Shown in pieces: positions 50,867-60,537 of a stretch of DNA of 64,000 nt (positions are counted from its first letter, which is position 1; each line of letters opens with the position of its first letter). The notes below the pieces were generated by a model. It had not been told where the DNA came from. It searched no databases and saw only the letters and a program-made list of their open reading frames with translations. Source of the stretch: Candidatus Poribacteria bacterium (GTDB taxonomy: Bacteria; Poribacteria; WGA-4E; WGA-3G). Made by a program: the position numbers and the translations under genes. Location of the stretch: the NCBI GenBank assembly GCA_965197475.1, contig CBDANF010000002.1, positions 480,001 to 544,000 of the forward strand, read 5' to 3'.

Positions 50867-53589
50867 TTCCTATCTTGGCGTGGATTGATTGCCAGATTTA
50901 ACGGTAACAGCAGTAAGATAAGACTGCATAAAGACGTTACAATCCATTCCTGCTGAAGCGGTACGATTTCCAATAAATTCTGCATAGGAACGATGTACAT
51001 TGCTGACACGTGAAATCCAATGACAATTATCAAAATTATGAATAGACGTATGTTGGTGAACATCCTTTTGAAAAGAGACTCCCACGGATATCGTGTGCAT
51101 TGGAAATAAGATACCACCTGTGTAAAAATGAGCGTAGTACAGGCTGCAGAACGTGCTTCTTGAAGATTAGACTCGGTTGCAAAAGAAATCAACACCAAAA
51201 AATGGATAATTGCCATTAAACTGATGACAAGACTCCGGCAGACAATATCAAACACAGCAGTTTTCGGTAGAAGCATAGTTGCCCTATTGGGGCGATGTTG
51301 CTTTTCATTGACAGAAATTTTTTCGTAACCTAACCCGAATGCTGGGAGCATAGTAGTTAAAAATTGAACCCAAACCACCTGTGTTAGTGTCAATGGCATC
51401 TCAAACTTGAACGATGCGTGCAAGATTAATCCAAAGACGACAGTCAAAAACTGTGCCAGTGTGCACGAAAGACACCATCGAAGTGAACCCGAAAGGTTTT
51501 GATACGCTTCTCGCGCATAGAGCAAGCAGTCTTTGACTGCTTTGAATCCTTTTTCTACTATCAGACAATCTGCATGTTCTTGGGCGAAATGTGCAGCGTA
51601 TCTCGTATCTGTAAATGCGAGGTCTGCAGTAATCATAGCGCGTTGATCATTAGCATTTTGACCTAAAAAACCCACAGAATGATTGTGACGTTTCAAGCTA
51701 AGAACAATATTCCGACGTTGTTCTTGTGTAGGTTGAGAATAAGCATTCCAATTTGGAACCTCTTTGTCAAACTCTTGCGTAGAGAGTTTTATTATTTCTT
51801 TTCTTGTTCCCACTGCATTGCGTGTATGAACAAGACCCAACTCTTTGGCTAAATCAGTTGTTGTTTGTTCATCACTATCACTGATTAGGATGACCTTTAA
51901 ACCAGTGTCCATGAATGATTTTATGACCTCTTTTGTTTCTTCGTTATCAGTGGAAGAAAAACTGATAAAACCTAAAAAGGTTGATATTCCCTGGACCTCT
52001 TGTGGTGTTAGAGGCACCTCGGAATGTAGGGTTGCAACACCGTAAACGGTATCTCTTGAGTTTTGCATGTAATTGAGGATTTCACTACACATCTCGTACT
52101 GCTCATAGTAGAATTCATTTACCTCTCCATTTACGAGCATAGAATCAGAAGCCTCAAGCACATTGCGTGCATCGCCAAAAATAATGTTCAGATATTCGTT
52201 TTCACCTGATTCAAACACATGAAGTTCATAACCGAAATTAGGGGTCCATGGGTATTCTGAAACAAGCTCCATATTAGATTTCAGCCCTGCCAGCTTATAT
52301 CCGAGTTGTTCCATTGTTTCTTGGATGACGTGTTGATGTGCATGTTCAATATCGGTTCTATCATAGTACCGTTCACCACAAGTCCCTAATCCTGCAGCCA
52401 ACACAAGGCCGGGTGCCCCTTTCGGAATTTGAAGCCGTGGCGGAATATTGTTGACTCGTGTACTTTTTTCTTCTGGCGACAAGGATTCAAGCGTATTTAA
52501 CCAATTTTCCCACACTGAACGATTTATCATCTGTTCATCAACAAAGATGTTGGAAATAGTAAGAGATTTTGTGCTTGCGATGCCTTTTTCATCTGAACAA
52601 AAAGCAGTGAGACGGTTTAACTTCTCAAGGAATTGTCTATTCCGGAGTGCTATTCCTTTTTTAAGCAAGCCAATGGCTTTCTGATCAAGAATGGTGTGTA
52701 GTAGCAAAAGTAAGTCATGGGGCGTTGCGACGATTGCAAAAATTAAACCAAATTGAAGGTATTCTTTCCAATTCGTTGGAACACTCTGTTGGGATTTTTG
52801 CCACCAGAAGATAGCAATTGCTATTCCGCCGACAATCAGACCTGCAACTTTTAGTATATCTGAAAAGAATTTTATCTGATTTTCAGCGACAGTCATCTCA
52901 TTTGGTAGCGGGCGTGTGTCCCCACGGTTCTGACACATTTCAAGTTCGTCACCTGTTCTGACTACGATCGCGTGGCCCATTCCTGTATCAACGTACGTTC
53001 CACCAAAAATCATATTTGTCTGCTTTTCCGGGGAAAGTCCTACCTCGTTTATCTCTTGGGTGGTTTTTATTGCTGAACCACTGCTCCCAAATAGAGCAGA
53101 TTCGTTAACTGTTAACCCATCTGCTTGAACAATTCGTGCATCGGCAGGTATGTAGTTACCAGGTCTAAGAAGAAGAAGGTCGCCAGGTACAATATCGGAA
53201 GGTGCACATTTTTCTTGCTTGCCTTGGCGAATTACCGACACAGTGACATCAAATTGTGCTTTAAGCTGCTGCTGTTTACGGTGAAAACCCATTGAAACTA
53301 TAATCGCCCAGCAGATGGAAAGAATCAAAATCCCGCCGATAAGTGCAATTGTCGGAATATCAATAGGAAAAACGAAAACTACTATGGCAAGTACTAAAAG
53401 CAGTAATTTCCAGTTAAGGACATGTTCCAGTAAGGTCCTAATCTGCCAAGTGTCCATCTTGGAATTTGGTACATTTGTACCATAACTTTCCTTTAACCTT
53501 TCTACATCAGCGTGGCTCAAACCGTATTCAAGGTCAGTATTGAATTGGTTTAGCAAAAAAGAGATACTTTCTGCATAAAAATTAGACAT
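50863..53589 (-). CDS. P-type (P2-like) ATPase homolog with degenerate catalytic motifs
   Basis: GLS......L...YG.N, DIVPGDLLLL.PG..IPADARI, NMIFGGTYV..G.G.AIVVRTG and MPLTLTQVVWV establish the family; the core motifs are altered (see findings). Confidence 0.85.
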   Translation of the reverse strand: MSNFYAESISFLLNQFNTDLEYGLSHADVERLKESYGTNVPNSKMDTWQIRTLLEHVLNWKLLLLVLAIVVFVFPIDIPTIALIGGILILSICWAIIVSMGFHRKQQQLKAQFDVTVSVIRQGKQEKCAPSDIVPGDLLLLRPGNYIPADARIVQADGLTVNESALFGSSGSAIKTTQEINEVGLSPEKQTNMIFGGTYVDTGMGHAIVVRTGDELEMCQNRGDTRPLPNEMTVAENQIKFFSDILKVAGLIVGGIAIAIFWWQKSQQSVPTNWKEYLQFGLIFAIVATPHDLLLLLHTILDQKAIGLLKKGIALRNRQFLEKLNRLTAFCSDEKGIASTKSLTISNIFVDEQMINRSVWENWLNTLESLSPEEKSTRVNNIPPRLQIPKGAPGLVLAAGLGTCGERYYDRTDIEHAHQHVIQETMEQLGYKLAGLKSNMELVSEYPWTPNFGYELHVFESGENEYLNIIFGDARNVLEASDSMLVNGEVNEFYYEQYEMCSEILNYMQNSRDTVYGVATLHSEVPLTPQEVQGISTFLGFISFSSTDNEETKEVIKSFMDTGLKVILISDSDEQTTTDLAKELGLVHTRNAVGTRKEIIKLSTQEFDKEVPNWNAYSQPTQEQRRNIVLSLKRHNHSVGFLGQNANDQRAMITADLAFTDTRYAAHFAQEHADCLIVEKGFKAVKDCLLYAREAYQNLSGSLRWCLSCTLAQFLTVVFGLILHASFKFEMPLTLTQVVWVQFLTTMLPAFGLGYEKISVNEKQHRPNRATMLLPKTAVFDIVCRSLVISLMAIIHFLVLISFATESNLQEARSAACTTLIFTQVVSYFQCTRYPWESLFKRMFTNIRLFIILIIVIGFHVSAMYIVPMQNLLEIVPLQQEWIVTSLCSLILLLLPLNLAINPRQDRN

Positions 53590-53636
53590 CGTTTTTCCTA
53601 ACGTCTCACGTTTCTGACAAAAGTTGCTATAGATAT

Positions 53637-54569
53637 TTATAGTGAGGAATTTTCGTCCTCGTTAGTCCAAACCTTTGCGCCATCCAGATCAGTACCGAGT
53701 ACCTTAATTTCGCATGGGATATCATGTAGTTTAAAGACATCTCGCATGCAATTCCCAACTTGGTCCATATTATTCAAACAATATGCTGCGATTGTTGGTC
53801 CCGCGCCACTCAATGCGATACTAAGTGCTCCTGCAGATGTCGCGGCTTCAACGACATCATCAAATCCAGGAATTAGGGTGCTGCGATAAGGTTGATGCAG
53901 CTTATCCTTCATTGCCAGCGGTAACATATCCAATTTTCCGGTAGCGATGCTTGCGACAAGTAAGGAACTTCTACTTATATTATAGATAGCGTCAGCAAAA
54001 TCAACATTTTTTGGCAATATGTTTCGTGCTTTCTTTGTGGACAATGTAAATTCAGGAATAGCGAGTACTAAATAAAGCGCGGAGTCACATTCTAACTGGA
54101 TTGTATGGATATGTTCTCCGTCTTGCACAGAAATGACCATACCGCCATACAGAGAAGCAGCAACATTATCGGGATGTCCCTCTATGGCTGTTGCAAAATT
54201 GAGGAGTTCTGACCAAGAGAACGGATTGCCACACAAAACATTTGCTGTCAGTAGCCCCCCAAGAATAGCTGTGCCGCTTCCCCCTAAGCCGCGAATTGCC
54301 GGAATTCCGTTCACAATGCTCAATTTCAAACCTTTGGGCTGTTGCATGCCACTCCTTTGAAAAATGGACTCTACTGCTTGAAACGCAATATGGTCAGTGG
54401 TACTTGGTATCTTATCAACATCAACTCCACTGACAACAACTTCTGTCCTGTTTTCAGTGGTTTCTAACGTTACTGTGCTGTAAAGTTGTAATGCAAGACC
54501 CAGCACATCAAATCCGGGGCCAAGGTTTGTGGTACTTGCAGGAATACGCGCGGTTACTTTTCTATACAT
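53637..54569 (-). CDS. thrB: Homoserine kinase
   Basis: PASTTNLGPGFDVLGLAL, IPAIRGLGGSG, EGHPDNVA, LHQPYR and LSGAGPT. Confidence 0.95.
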   Translation of the reverse strand: MYRKVTARIPASTTNLGPGFDVLGLALQLYSTVTLETTENRTEVVVSGVDVDKIPSTTDHIAFQAVESIFQRSGMQQPKGLKLSIVNGIPAIRGLGGSGTAILGGLLTANVLCGNPFSWSELLNFATAIEGHPDNVAASLYGGMVISVQDGEHIHTIQLECDSALYLVLAIPEFTLSTKKARNILPKNVDFADAIYNISRSSLLVASIATGKLDMLPLAMKDKLHQPYRSTLIPGFDDVVEAATSAGALSIALSGAGPTIAAYCLNNMDQVGNCMRDVFKLHDIPCEIKVLGTDLDGAKVWTNEDENSSL

Positions 54570-54607
54570 ACGAGTATTTTTCCTACTTTTCCTATAACTT
54601 TCTATAG

Positions 54608-54990
54608 TTTGGGCAATTTAGGAACTGTCGCTTGTTGACTGATTGAATGGAAACATTGTATTTATCTATCTGCATTGTTTGATCCACCTGTCGCCCCGCT
54701 GGGGCTTTAGAAGGTGATAACCATGTGTCCTATCCACCTGTCGCCCCGCTGGGGCTAAGGTTTAATCTTGTAATACTTATCTTTTGATGCGATTTTACTT
54801 AACTGACAGAAGTCGTTGAAAAATACTTTGGACAGCCCCAACCAGCGGGGCGGAATGTGTATAGCAAACAGGAACCTTAGCATAGTAAGCCCCAGCGGGG
54901 CGACAGGTGTATAATAGCATATAATCCAGTTAATACCTAAGGTGTTCCATCAACCTAAGTTATGACACAAGAACTCTAAAATTGTCCAAA
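54608..54990. repeat. REPIN/MITE-like composite of four REP-like units inside inverted ends
   Basis: TCCACCTGTCGCCCCGCTGGGGCT x2 plus two inverted copies (..CCAGCGGGGCG..). Outer inverted ends TTTGGGCAATTT / AAATTGTCCAAA. Confidence 0.75.
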
Positions 54991-54995
54991 TTTCC

Positions 54996-56168
54996 CTATA
55001 ATTTTGCAATTGCGGTTTTTATCCGGTGCAACGCATCTTCAATATTTTCCAACGAATTTGCGTACGAAAGCCTGAGGTAACCATCGCCAAATTTTCCGAA
55101 AGCTGTGCCCGATAATAAAGCGACTCCGACTTCATCCATCAAATAATCAGCGAGTGCTTCGCATGAAAGAGGGAGTTGTGTGACATTCGGGAAAACATAG
55201 AATGAACCGAGGGGTTTAATACAACTGATACCTTCAATAGCATTTAGACCATCCACAATGGCATCGCGTCGTTTTCGGAATTCTGTAACCATTTGCGTGA
55301 CAAATGTTTGAGGTCCCGTCAGTGCTTCTATTCCAGCAATCTGTGTAAAGGTTGCAGTGCAGGAATTTGAGTTGATTGTCAACTGGGTGATCTTGTCTGC
55401 GATTGCGCGTGGTGCGACACCGTACCCGAGCCTCCAGCCGGTCATAGCGTACGTTTTAGAATGTCCGTCAATCAGAATTGTCCGTTCTTTCATACCGGGG
55501 AGACTCAGTATACTCTGATGAGTTCCCTCGTAAAGGAGGCGAGAATAGACTTCGTCCGTGAGGATATAAAAATTATGTTTTTGTGCAAGTTCGGCTATTG
55601 CAGCGAGGTCTGTATCTGTGAGGATGCCGCCAGTTGGGTTCTGTGGGGAATTGAGTATCAATAGTTTAGTGCGTTCACTAATGGCATTGATGAGATCATC
55701 AATTCGAAAACGAAAGTCAACCTCCTCACGAAGGGGGAGAGGCACTGCTTTTCCACCGATAAAATCAATAACCGATTCGTAGACGGGGAAGCCGGGTTCT
55801 GGATAGATAACCTCATCACCTTCATCAACTAATGCTAAAATTGTGAAAAAGATTATCGGTTTTGCACCAGGTGTAACGGTTACTTCATTTGGATGGATGT
55901 CAATACCGCGCGTCTCGGATATGTGTTGGGCAACGACCTCTCGAAATTCAGGTAGTCCCGCAGATGGGCAATAACCTGTATGACCTTCTTTCATTGCCTT
56001 GAATGCAGCTTCACATACATTCATTGGGGTCGAAAAATCTGGCTGACCTATTTCTAAATGAATAATATCTTTACCTTGTGCTTCTAAGTTTTTGGCTTTA
56101 GCTAACACCTCAAATGCAGATTCTGTTCCCAAGCGACTCATTCGCTTGGCGAATGTAGGGCTTCCCAA
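54996..56168 (-). CDS. PLP-dependent class I/II (aspartate) aminotransferase
   Basis: IGQPDF, NSPQNPTG, DEVY and SKTYAMTGWRLGY. Confidence 0.93.
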   Translation of the reverse strand: MGSPTFAKRMSRLGTESAFEVLAKAKNLEAQGKDIIHLEIGQPDFSTPMNVCEAAFKAMKEGHTGYCPSAGLPEFREVVAQHISETRGIDIHPNEVTVTPGAKPIIFFTILALVDEGDEVIYPEPGFPVYESVIDFIGGKAVPLPLREEVDFRFRIDDLINAISERTKLLILNSPQNPTGGILTDTDLAAIAELAQKHNFYILTDEVYSRLLYEGTHQSILSLPGMKERTILIDGHSKTYAMTGWRLGYGVAPRAIADKITQLTINSNSCTATFTQIAGIEALTGPQTFVTQMVTEFRKRRDAIVDGLNAIEGISCIKPLGSFYVFPNVTQLPLSCEALADYLMDEVGVALLSGTAFGKFGDGYLRLSYANSLENIEDALHRIKTAIAKL

Positions 56169-56288
56169 AATATCACTCCTTTATTTTATAACTTTTAACC
56201 GCGATCCCATGGTCGCGAGTATGCCCTAATATATTTCTTTACAACAAACATCTTTTAGATAATTGCATATACCTGTCTTGCTCAGCGG

Positions 56289-57302
56289 CTATTCTGATTT
56301 TAAGATAGTCCCTATTGCCCCTGCTACCCAAGTATTTTGTTTATCAAGGACAAAAACTTTGACTATTTTTTCCTTGGATTCTTCAACTTCCCAAGTCATG
56401 CCACCATCGGTGGTACTGAGGATGACACCGGCACCGAAGTCACCTCCAACAGCCCATCCCACATTTTTGTCTGCGAATCTGATACTGTTTAGTTTCTCTT
56501 CGGTTCCGCTTGTCTGCGGTGTCCATTCATCTCCACCGTTTTTCGTATGGAGAATCAAACCGTTTTCTCCAACTACCCATCCCGTTGAAGCATCAATGAA
56601 GAAGATATCTTCAAGGATATCATCTCTCCCGATTTCCTGGTGAACCCAAGTTCTCGCTCCATCCTTAGTTTTCTGAATAACACTTTTCTGCGTCTTTGTA
56701 TCGGGAAAAACGCGTATTCCGGCAACCCATCCAGTTTTTTCGTCAATAAACTGAATCGCACTGAACATACTTGCCTCGTCCTCGCCGACACCACCACCGA
56801 GTTGTCCACCTTCTAGGACTTTCCATGACCGTCCGCCATTTCTTGTTGAGATAATAGTGTCATTTTCTCCTGCTGCATATCCTATATTTTTATCAACAAA
56901 ATAAATACTCTTTAGCGCGGTACCAGCCTTACTGATTTGTAACTCCCAATCTTTTCCGTTAGTTGTATTGGCAATTATGCCTTTTTGTCCAACAACCCAA
57001 CCCCGATTAGCATCTAAGAAGTAGATTCCAGTGAGGTCTGCACTGAGTTTAATTTTCGATTTTTGCCACGTTTTTCCCCCATCATTGGTATATCCGATGA
57101 ATCCCGGGTTGTCAAAATCCTCAGCCAGTGCGGACCCAGCAACCCATCCAGTTTTTTTATCTGTAAATGCAATAGACATATAATCTCGAGCTTCTGGATC
57201 GTTTTTTTGCAATACGACCCACCCTGCCATGGCTGGAAAAGCAATTACTACTGTCAAAATGATTGCGAATCTAATGATTTTTGCTAAGTTTAATCTGTTC
57301 AT
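56289..57302 (-). CDS. YCF48/BNR-repeat beta-propeller secreted protein
   Basis: Repeated F.D...GW.VG..G.I..T.DGG.TW. Confidence 0.88.
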   Translation of the reverse strand: MNRLNLAKIIRFAIILTVVIAFPAMAGWVVLQKNDPEARDYMSIAFTDKKTGWVAGSALAEDFDNPGFIGYTNDGGKTWQKSKIKLSADLTGIYFLDANRGWVVGQKGIIANTTNGKDWELQISKAGTALKSIYFVDKNIGYAAGENDTIISTRNGGRSWKVLEGGQLGGGVGEDEASMFSAIQFIDEKTGWVAGIRVFPDTKTQKSVIQKTKDGARTWVHQEIGRDDILEDIFFIDASTGWVVGENGLILHTKNGGDEWTPQTSGTEEKLNSIRFADKNVGWAVGGDFGAGVILSTTDGGMTWEVEESKEKIVKVFVLDKQNTWVAGAIGTILKSE

Positions 57303-57453
57303 TGTAACTCCTTTACTTTTAAAATTCCTTCTGATTAAGAGGGTTATTTATAGTATAACTGTGTATCTCACATTAAGTCAAATATTTCTAAAATCTATTT
57401 CAGTAAAACATTGATAAACGCGCATAGCAAAGTAACTCATCCGTAATGACATA

Positions 57454-58854
57454 CTATTTAGCAACGATAATTGTTCCGGTTTTGAAACTGTCCCCAACTT
57501 GTAATTGATAGATATAAACCCCGCTTTCGACAATTTCTCCGTTTTCATTTTTACCATTCCACCTCAGTTCGGTTTCACCAAGTTGAGCGGTTAGCGTTCT
57601 AACGAGAACACCATTCAGATTAAAAAGAAGCACACTGAATTCACCCTCGCCATCTTCAATACTCCGTGCTGGAAAGACAACGGTGTTAAAATCTGGATCC
57701 TGTGAAAGCGGTGTAAATGGATTCGGATAAGGTTTATCAAATATTCGGTGCCTTTTCTTAGTAGGCGCGGATTCGTTATCAGCCTCGTCAATCGCAATTA
57801 TGGCATAAGTGAAACTGCCCGTTGATAATGGTCGACTATCAACGAATTTGTATTCAGTAGCTCCATTTGCTGCTTTTTCAGCGTGTATCTCTCCATTCGG
57901 AAGCGGCTCAAGCGTATCTGACTCAGAGGATCCGAACAAAATTCGGTACACTGATACGTCACGACTAACACTCGGCATCCACAAAACTTCAATACCTTCG
58001 CTTGAGGGAACAATACGGAGTGCAGTTGGAGGCTGAGGTGCAGCGGTGTCTTCTAATACTTTCGCGGTTTGTATCGGTGAGCGTTCTGATTGCAATAAAA
58101 TTGTTTTATATGCGGTTACCTGATACGTATGAAGTCCTGCTGGAACGTTCACATCAAGGAATGTAGTTGACGAGCGATTTTCAACCTTAATTGGAATTTC
58201 CTTATCTCCTCTATAGATGAGGTAACCGTTTACATCTATGTCCGTTGATTTTTGCCATCGGAGTGTCACATCGTTTTCACCGGTTTTGTCGGCTTCAGCA
58301 GTGAAATCAGAAACTGGGGCAGGTGGTACATTTGGGATTACTTGCAAAGTGAAATCATCGTTATTGAGTTTTCCATCTGCTTGTTCTGGTCGGATAAATT
58401 CACCGATTGGTACGTCATCACGATTACGTAACTGTACGCTGAACACTGCTTCAAAAACAGTATTTGGTGTTCGAGAATCAAATGCGATATCGTATATAGA
58501 ATTCCGAAAATCTATGATCGGTTCTGCAAGTTCTACACGCAGGACATTCCCTCCAGAAATTATCGCCCTTGCTATTAGTTCTTGGCCATCACGCGAAATA
58601 CCTTTGAAATCTGCCAATTGGGTTACAAATCCTTTAGGCATTGTAATTTCAATAGTCTTAATTTCTTCACCTGGTTCTGCCAATGACCTGTCAATTACAA
58701 GTGTCACAAGTAGTGGCACCGTTGAACTGGCGGGGACAATGCCTTTGGTTTCACCCACGACGTTGATTTCGCCGACTGATGTGACTGCACCGTAACTTTG
58801 CGGAACGATAAGGATACTAACGAGAAAGATTAAAATAAGGATTGAGTTTTTCAT
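57454..58854 (-). CDS. Secreted FN3-repeat protein with FlgD/T9SS-like C-terminal domain
   Basis: Two FN3 modules; YPNPFTP...LFNLNGVLVRTL...WNGKNENGEIVESGVYIYQL...GTIIVAK. Confidence 0.85.
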   Translation of the reverse strand: MKNSILILIFLVSILIVPQSYGAVTSVGEINVVGETKGIVPASSTVPLLVTLVIDRSLAEPGEEIKTIEITMPKGFVTQLADFKGISRDGQELIARAIISGGNVLRVELAEPIIDFRNSIYDIAFDSRTPNTVFEAVFSVQLRNRDDVPIGEFIRPEQADGKLNNDDFTLQVIPNVPPAPVSDFTAEADKTGENDVTLRWQKSTDIDVNGYLIYRGDKEIPIKVENRSSTTFLDVNVPAGLHTYQVTAYKTILLQSERSPIQTAKVLEDTAAPQPPTALRIVPSSEGIEVLWMPSVSRDVSVYRILFGSSESDTLEPLPNGEIHAEKAANGATEYKFVDSRPLSTGSFTYAIIAIDEADNESAPTKKRHRIFDKPYPNPFTPLSQDPDFNTVVFPARSIEDGEGEFSVLLFNLNGVLVRTLTAQLGETELRWNGKNENGEIVESGVYIYQLQVGDSFKTGTIIVAK

Positions 58855-58871
58855 AAGGCATAATCCCTTCT

Positions 58872-59828
58872 TTAGAATAGTAGATTTACGGAGAATCGTT
58901 GTGTTGTGTTGTCCTGTAAATCTCCGGTGAGTAGCTGGAATCCGTAATCAAGTTGAAGTGATGTTCCACTGATCGGTATCTTGGCACTTCCGCCGAGACT
59001 TAGGGTTGTAGTCGAATTTCCGCCATTTTTCATTCCGTAGCCTCCTCGGACACCGATGGCTTTATTCACCCAGATTTCTACACCAACGCGTGTATAAACA
59101 TCACCGTTTCGCGCCGCAACTTCAATAGTACCTAACGTTGCTTTCAACAAGTTACTGATTGTCTCGCCCTGCGCGCTCATCTCAGCGATAGATTCAAGAT
59201 TATAAGCCAAACCTGCCCGAATGTTCCGTGGCACCGAATCCGTCTGATTATCGGAAATGCTTATGTCTGCAGGCAGTAAATTCTCCACTGATACGCCAAT
59301 GCTCAGGCTATTGAACGGCTTTGCAATTACACCCAGATCAAAGGAAAAAGCTGAACTTGAAGTATGGGCAAAATACGGATTCTCAATGACGGATTCATTT
59401 CCTTCATCATAAGCTATGCCAAAGAATTTTAGATTTACACCAAATCCCAATTGTTTGAAAATAGTGTTCGCATAAGAGAGGCGTAACGTTTGTTCTCTAT
59501 AAATATCAGAATCTTCTGCCAAGATACCGATATTGGCACCGATTGTTCCCATTCGTCCGAAGGGAATAATGCCTCCAATTGTGTTGTAGTTAACAAGACC
59601 GTTGAATCGCTGTGCATAAGTCGCGCCGATCTGAATTTCCTTAATATAGGCTAAGCCAGCAGCGTTGTAGTTAGCGGCGTTACTATCATCAGCGAGTGCG
59701 ACAAACGCTCCACCCAGCCCGAGAGGACGAGCACCTATGCCGATGTCATTAAAGGCAGCAAACGTAGATGTGGTGAAGAATAGGGACATTAACAGGATAT
59801 AATAGCATTTCAATCTAATTTTTGTCAT
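58872..59828 (-). CDS. PorV/PorQ-like outer-membrane beta-barrel protein
   Basis: GIGARPLGLGGAFVALADDSNAANYNAAGL N-terminus, alternating beta-strands, C-terminal Phe. Confidence 0.8.
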   Translation of the reverse strand: MTKIRLKCYYILLMSLFFTTSTFAAFNDIGIGARPLGLGGAFVALADDSNAANYNAAGLAYIKEIQIGATYAQRFNGLVNYNTIGGIIPFGRMGTIGANIGILAEDSDIYREQTLRLSYANTIFKQLGFGVNLKFFGIAYDEGNESVIENPYFAHTSSSAFSFDLGVIAKPFNSLSIGVSVENLLPADISISDNQTDSVPRNIRAGLAYNLESIAEMSAQGETISNLLKATLGTIEVAARNGDVYTRVGVEIWVNKAIGVRGGYGMKNGGNSTTTLSLGGSAKIPISGTSLQLDYGFQLLTGDLQDNTTQRFSVNLLF

Positions 59829-59836
59829 GGTTTCTC

Positions 59837-60535
59837 CTACGGTGTTCCTGTCATCGGAACAAAACTAACGCCTGTGACCCTTGTCGTTTCAACTTTACCA
59901 GAACATTTCTGTATCACGAACAGTTCCTGTGTATCAGAACCGACAGGAATTACCATGCGTCCATCTTCAGCGAGTTGTTGTGTAAGTTGATGTGGAATCT
60001 TTTTTGGGGCAGCTGTTACAAGCACGCCATCATACGGCGCGTGCTCAATCCAACCGTAATAGCCGTTCCCTTGTTTAAGATAGATGTTCCGATAATTTAG
60101 TGCTTTTAGTCTTGAATTGGCACTTTCTGCAAGTTCTGGTAGAATTTCAACGGAATACACTTCCTGGGCGAGTTCTGCTAACACAGCAGTTTGGTATCCA
60201 CACCCAGTTCCAATCTCCAGGACTTTTGAATAAGGGTTTAATTCTAATAATTCTGTCATCAATGCGACCATATAAGGTTGTGAAATTGTTTGTCCTTTGT
60301 CTATAGGAAGGGGCCTGTCGTGATATGCCCACTTATGAAATTCAGGTGTTACGAAGAGGTGTCTTTGGATTTTTTCCATCGCTGCCAGTATTTTAGGATT
60401 CCGAATATCGCGGTTTTCAATTTGGTATTTAACCATTTTCTGTCTGACGCTCATAAATTTATCGGCATGTACCATTGAATGTTTCCCTTGAATTTCGTTG
60501 TTTACGTCGATTCCCAAAATATAACCAAACATCAA
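59837..60535 (-). CDS. pcm: Protein-L-isoaspartate O-methyltransferase
   Basis: GQTISQPYMVA, VLEIGTGCGYQTAVL, APYD and V.FVPM. Confidence 0.95.
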   Translation of the reverse strand: MMFGYILGIDVNNEIQGKHSMVHADKFMSVRQKMVKYQIENRDIRNPKILAAMEKIQRHLFVTPEFHKWAYHDRPLPIDKGQTISQPYMVALMTELLELNPYSKVLEIGTGCGYQTAVLAELAQEVYSVEILPELAESANSRLKALNYRNIYLKQGNGYYGWIEHAPYDGVLVTAAPKKIPHQLTQQLAEDGRMVIPVGSDTQELFVIQKCSGKVETTRVTGVSFVPMTGTP

Positions 60536-60537
60536 TT

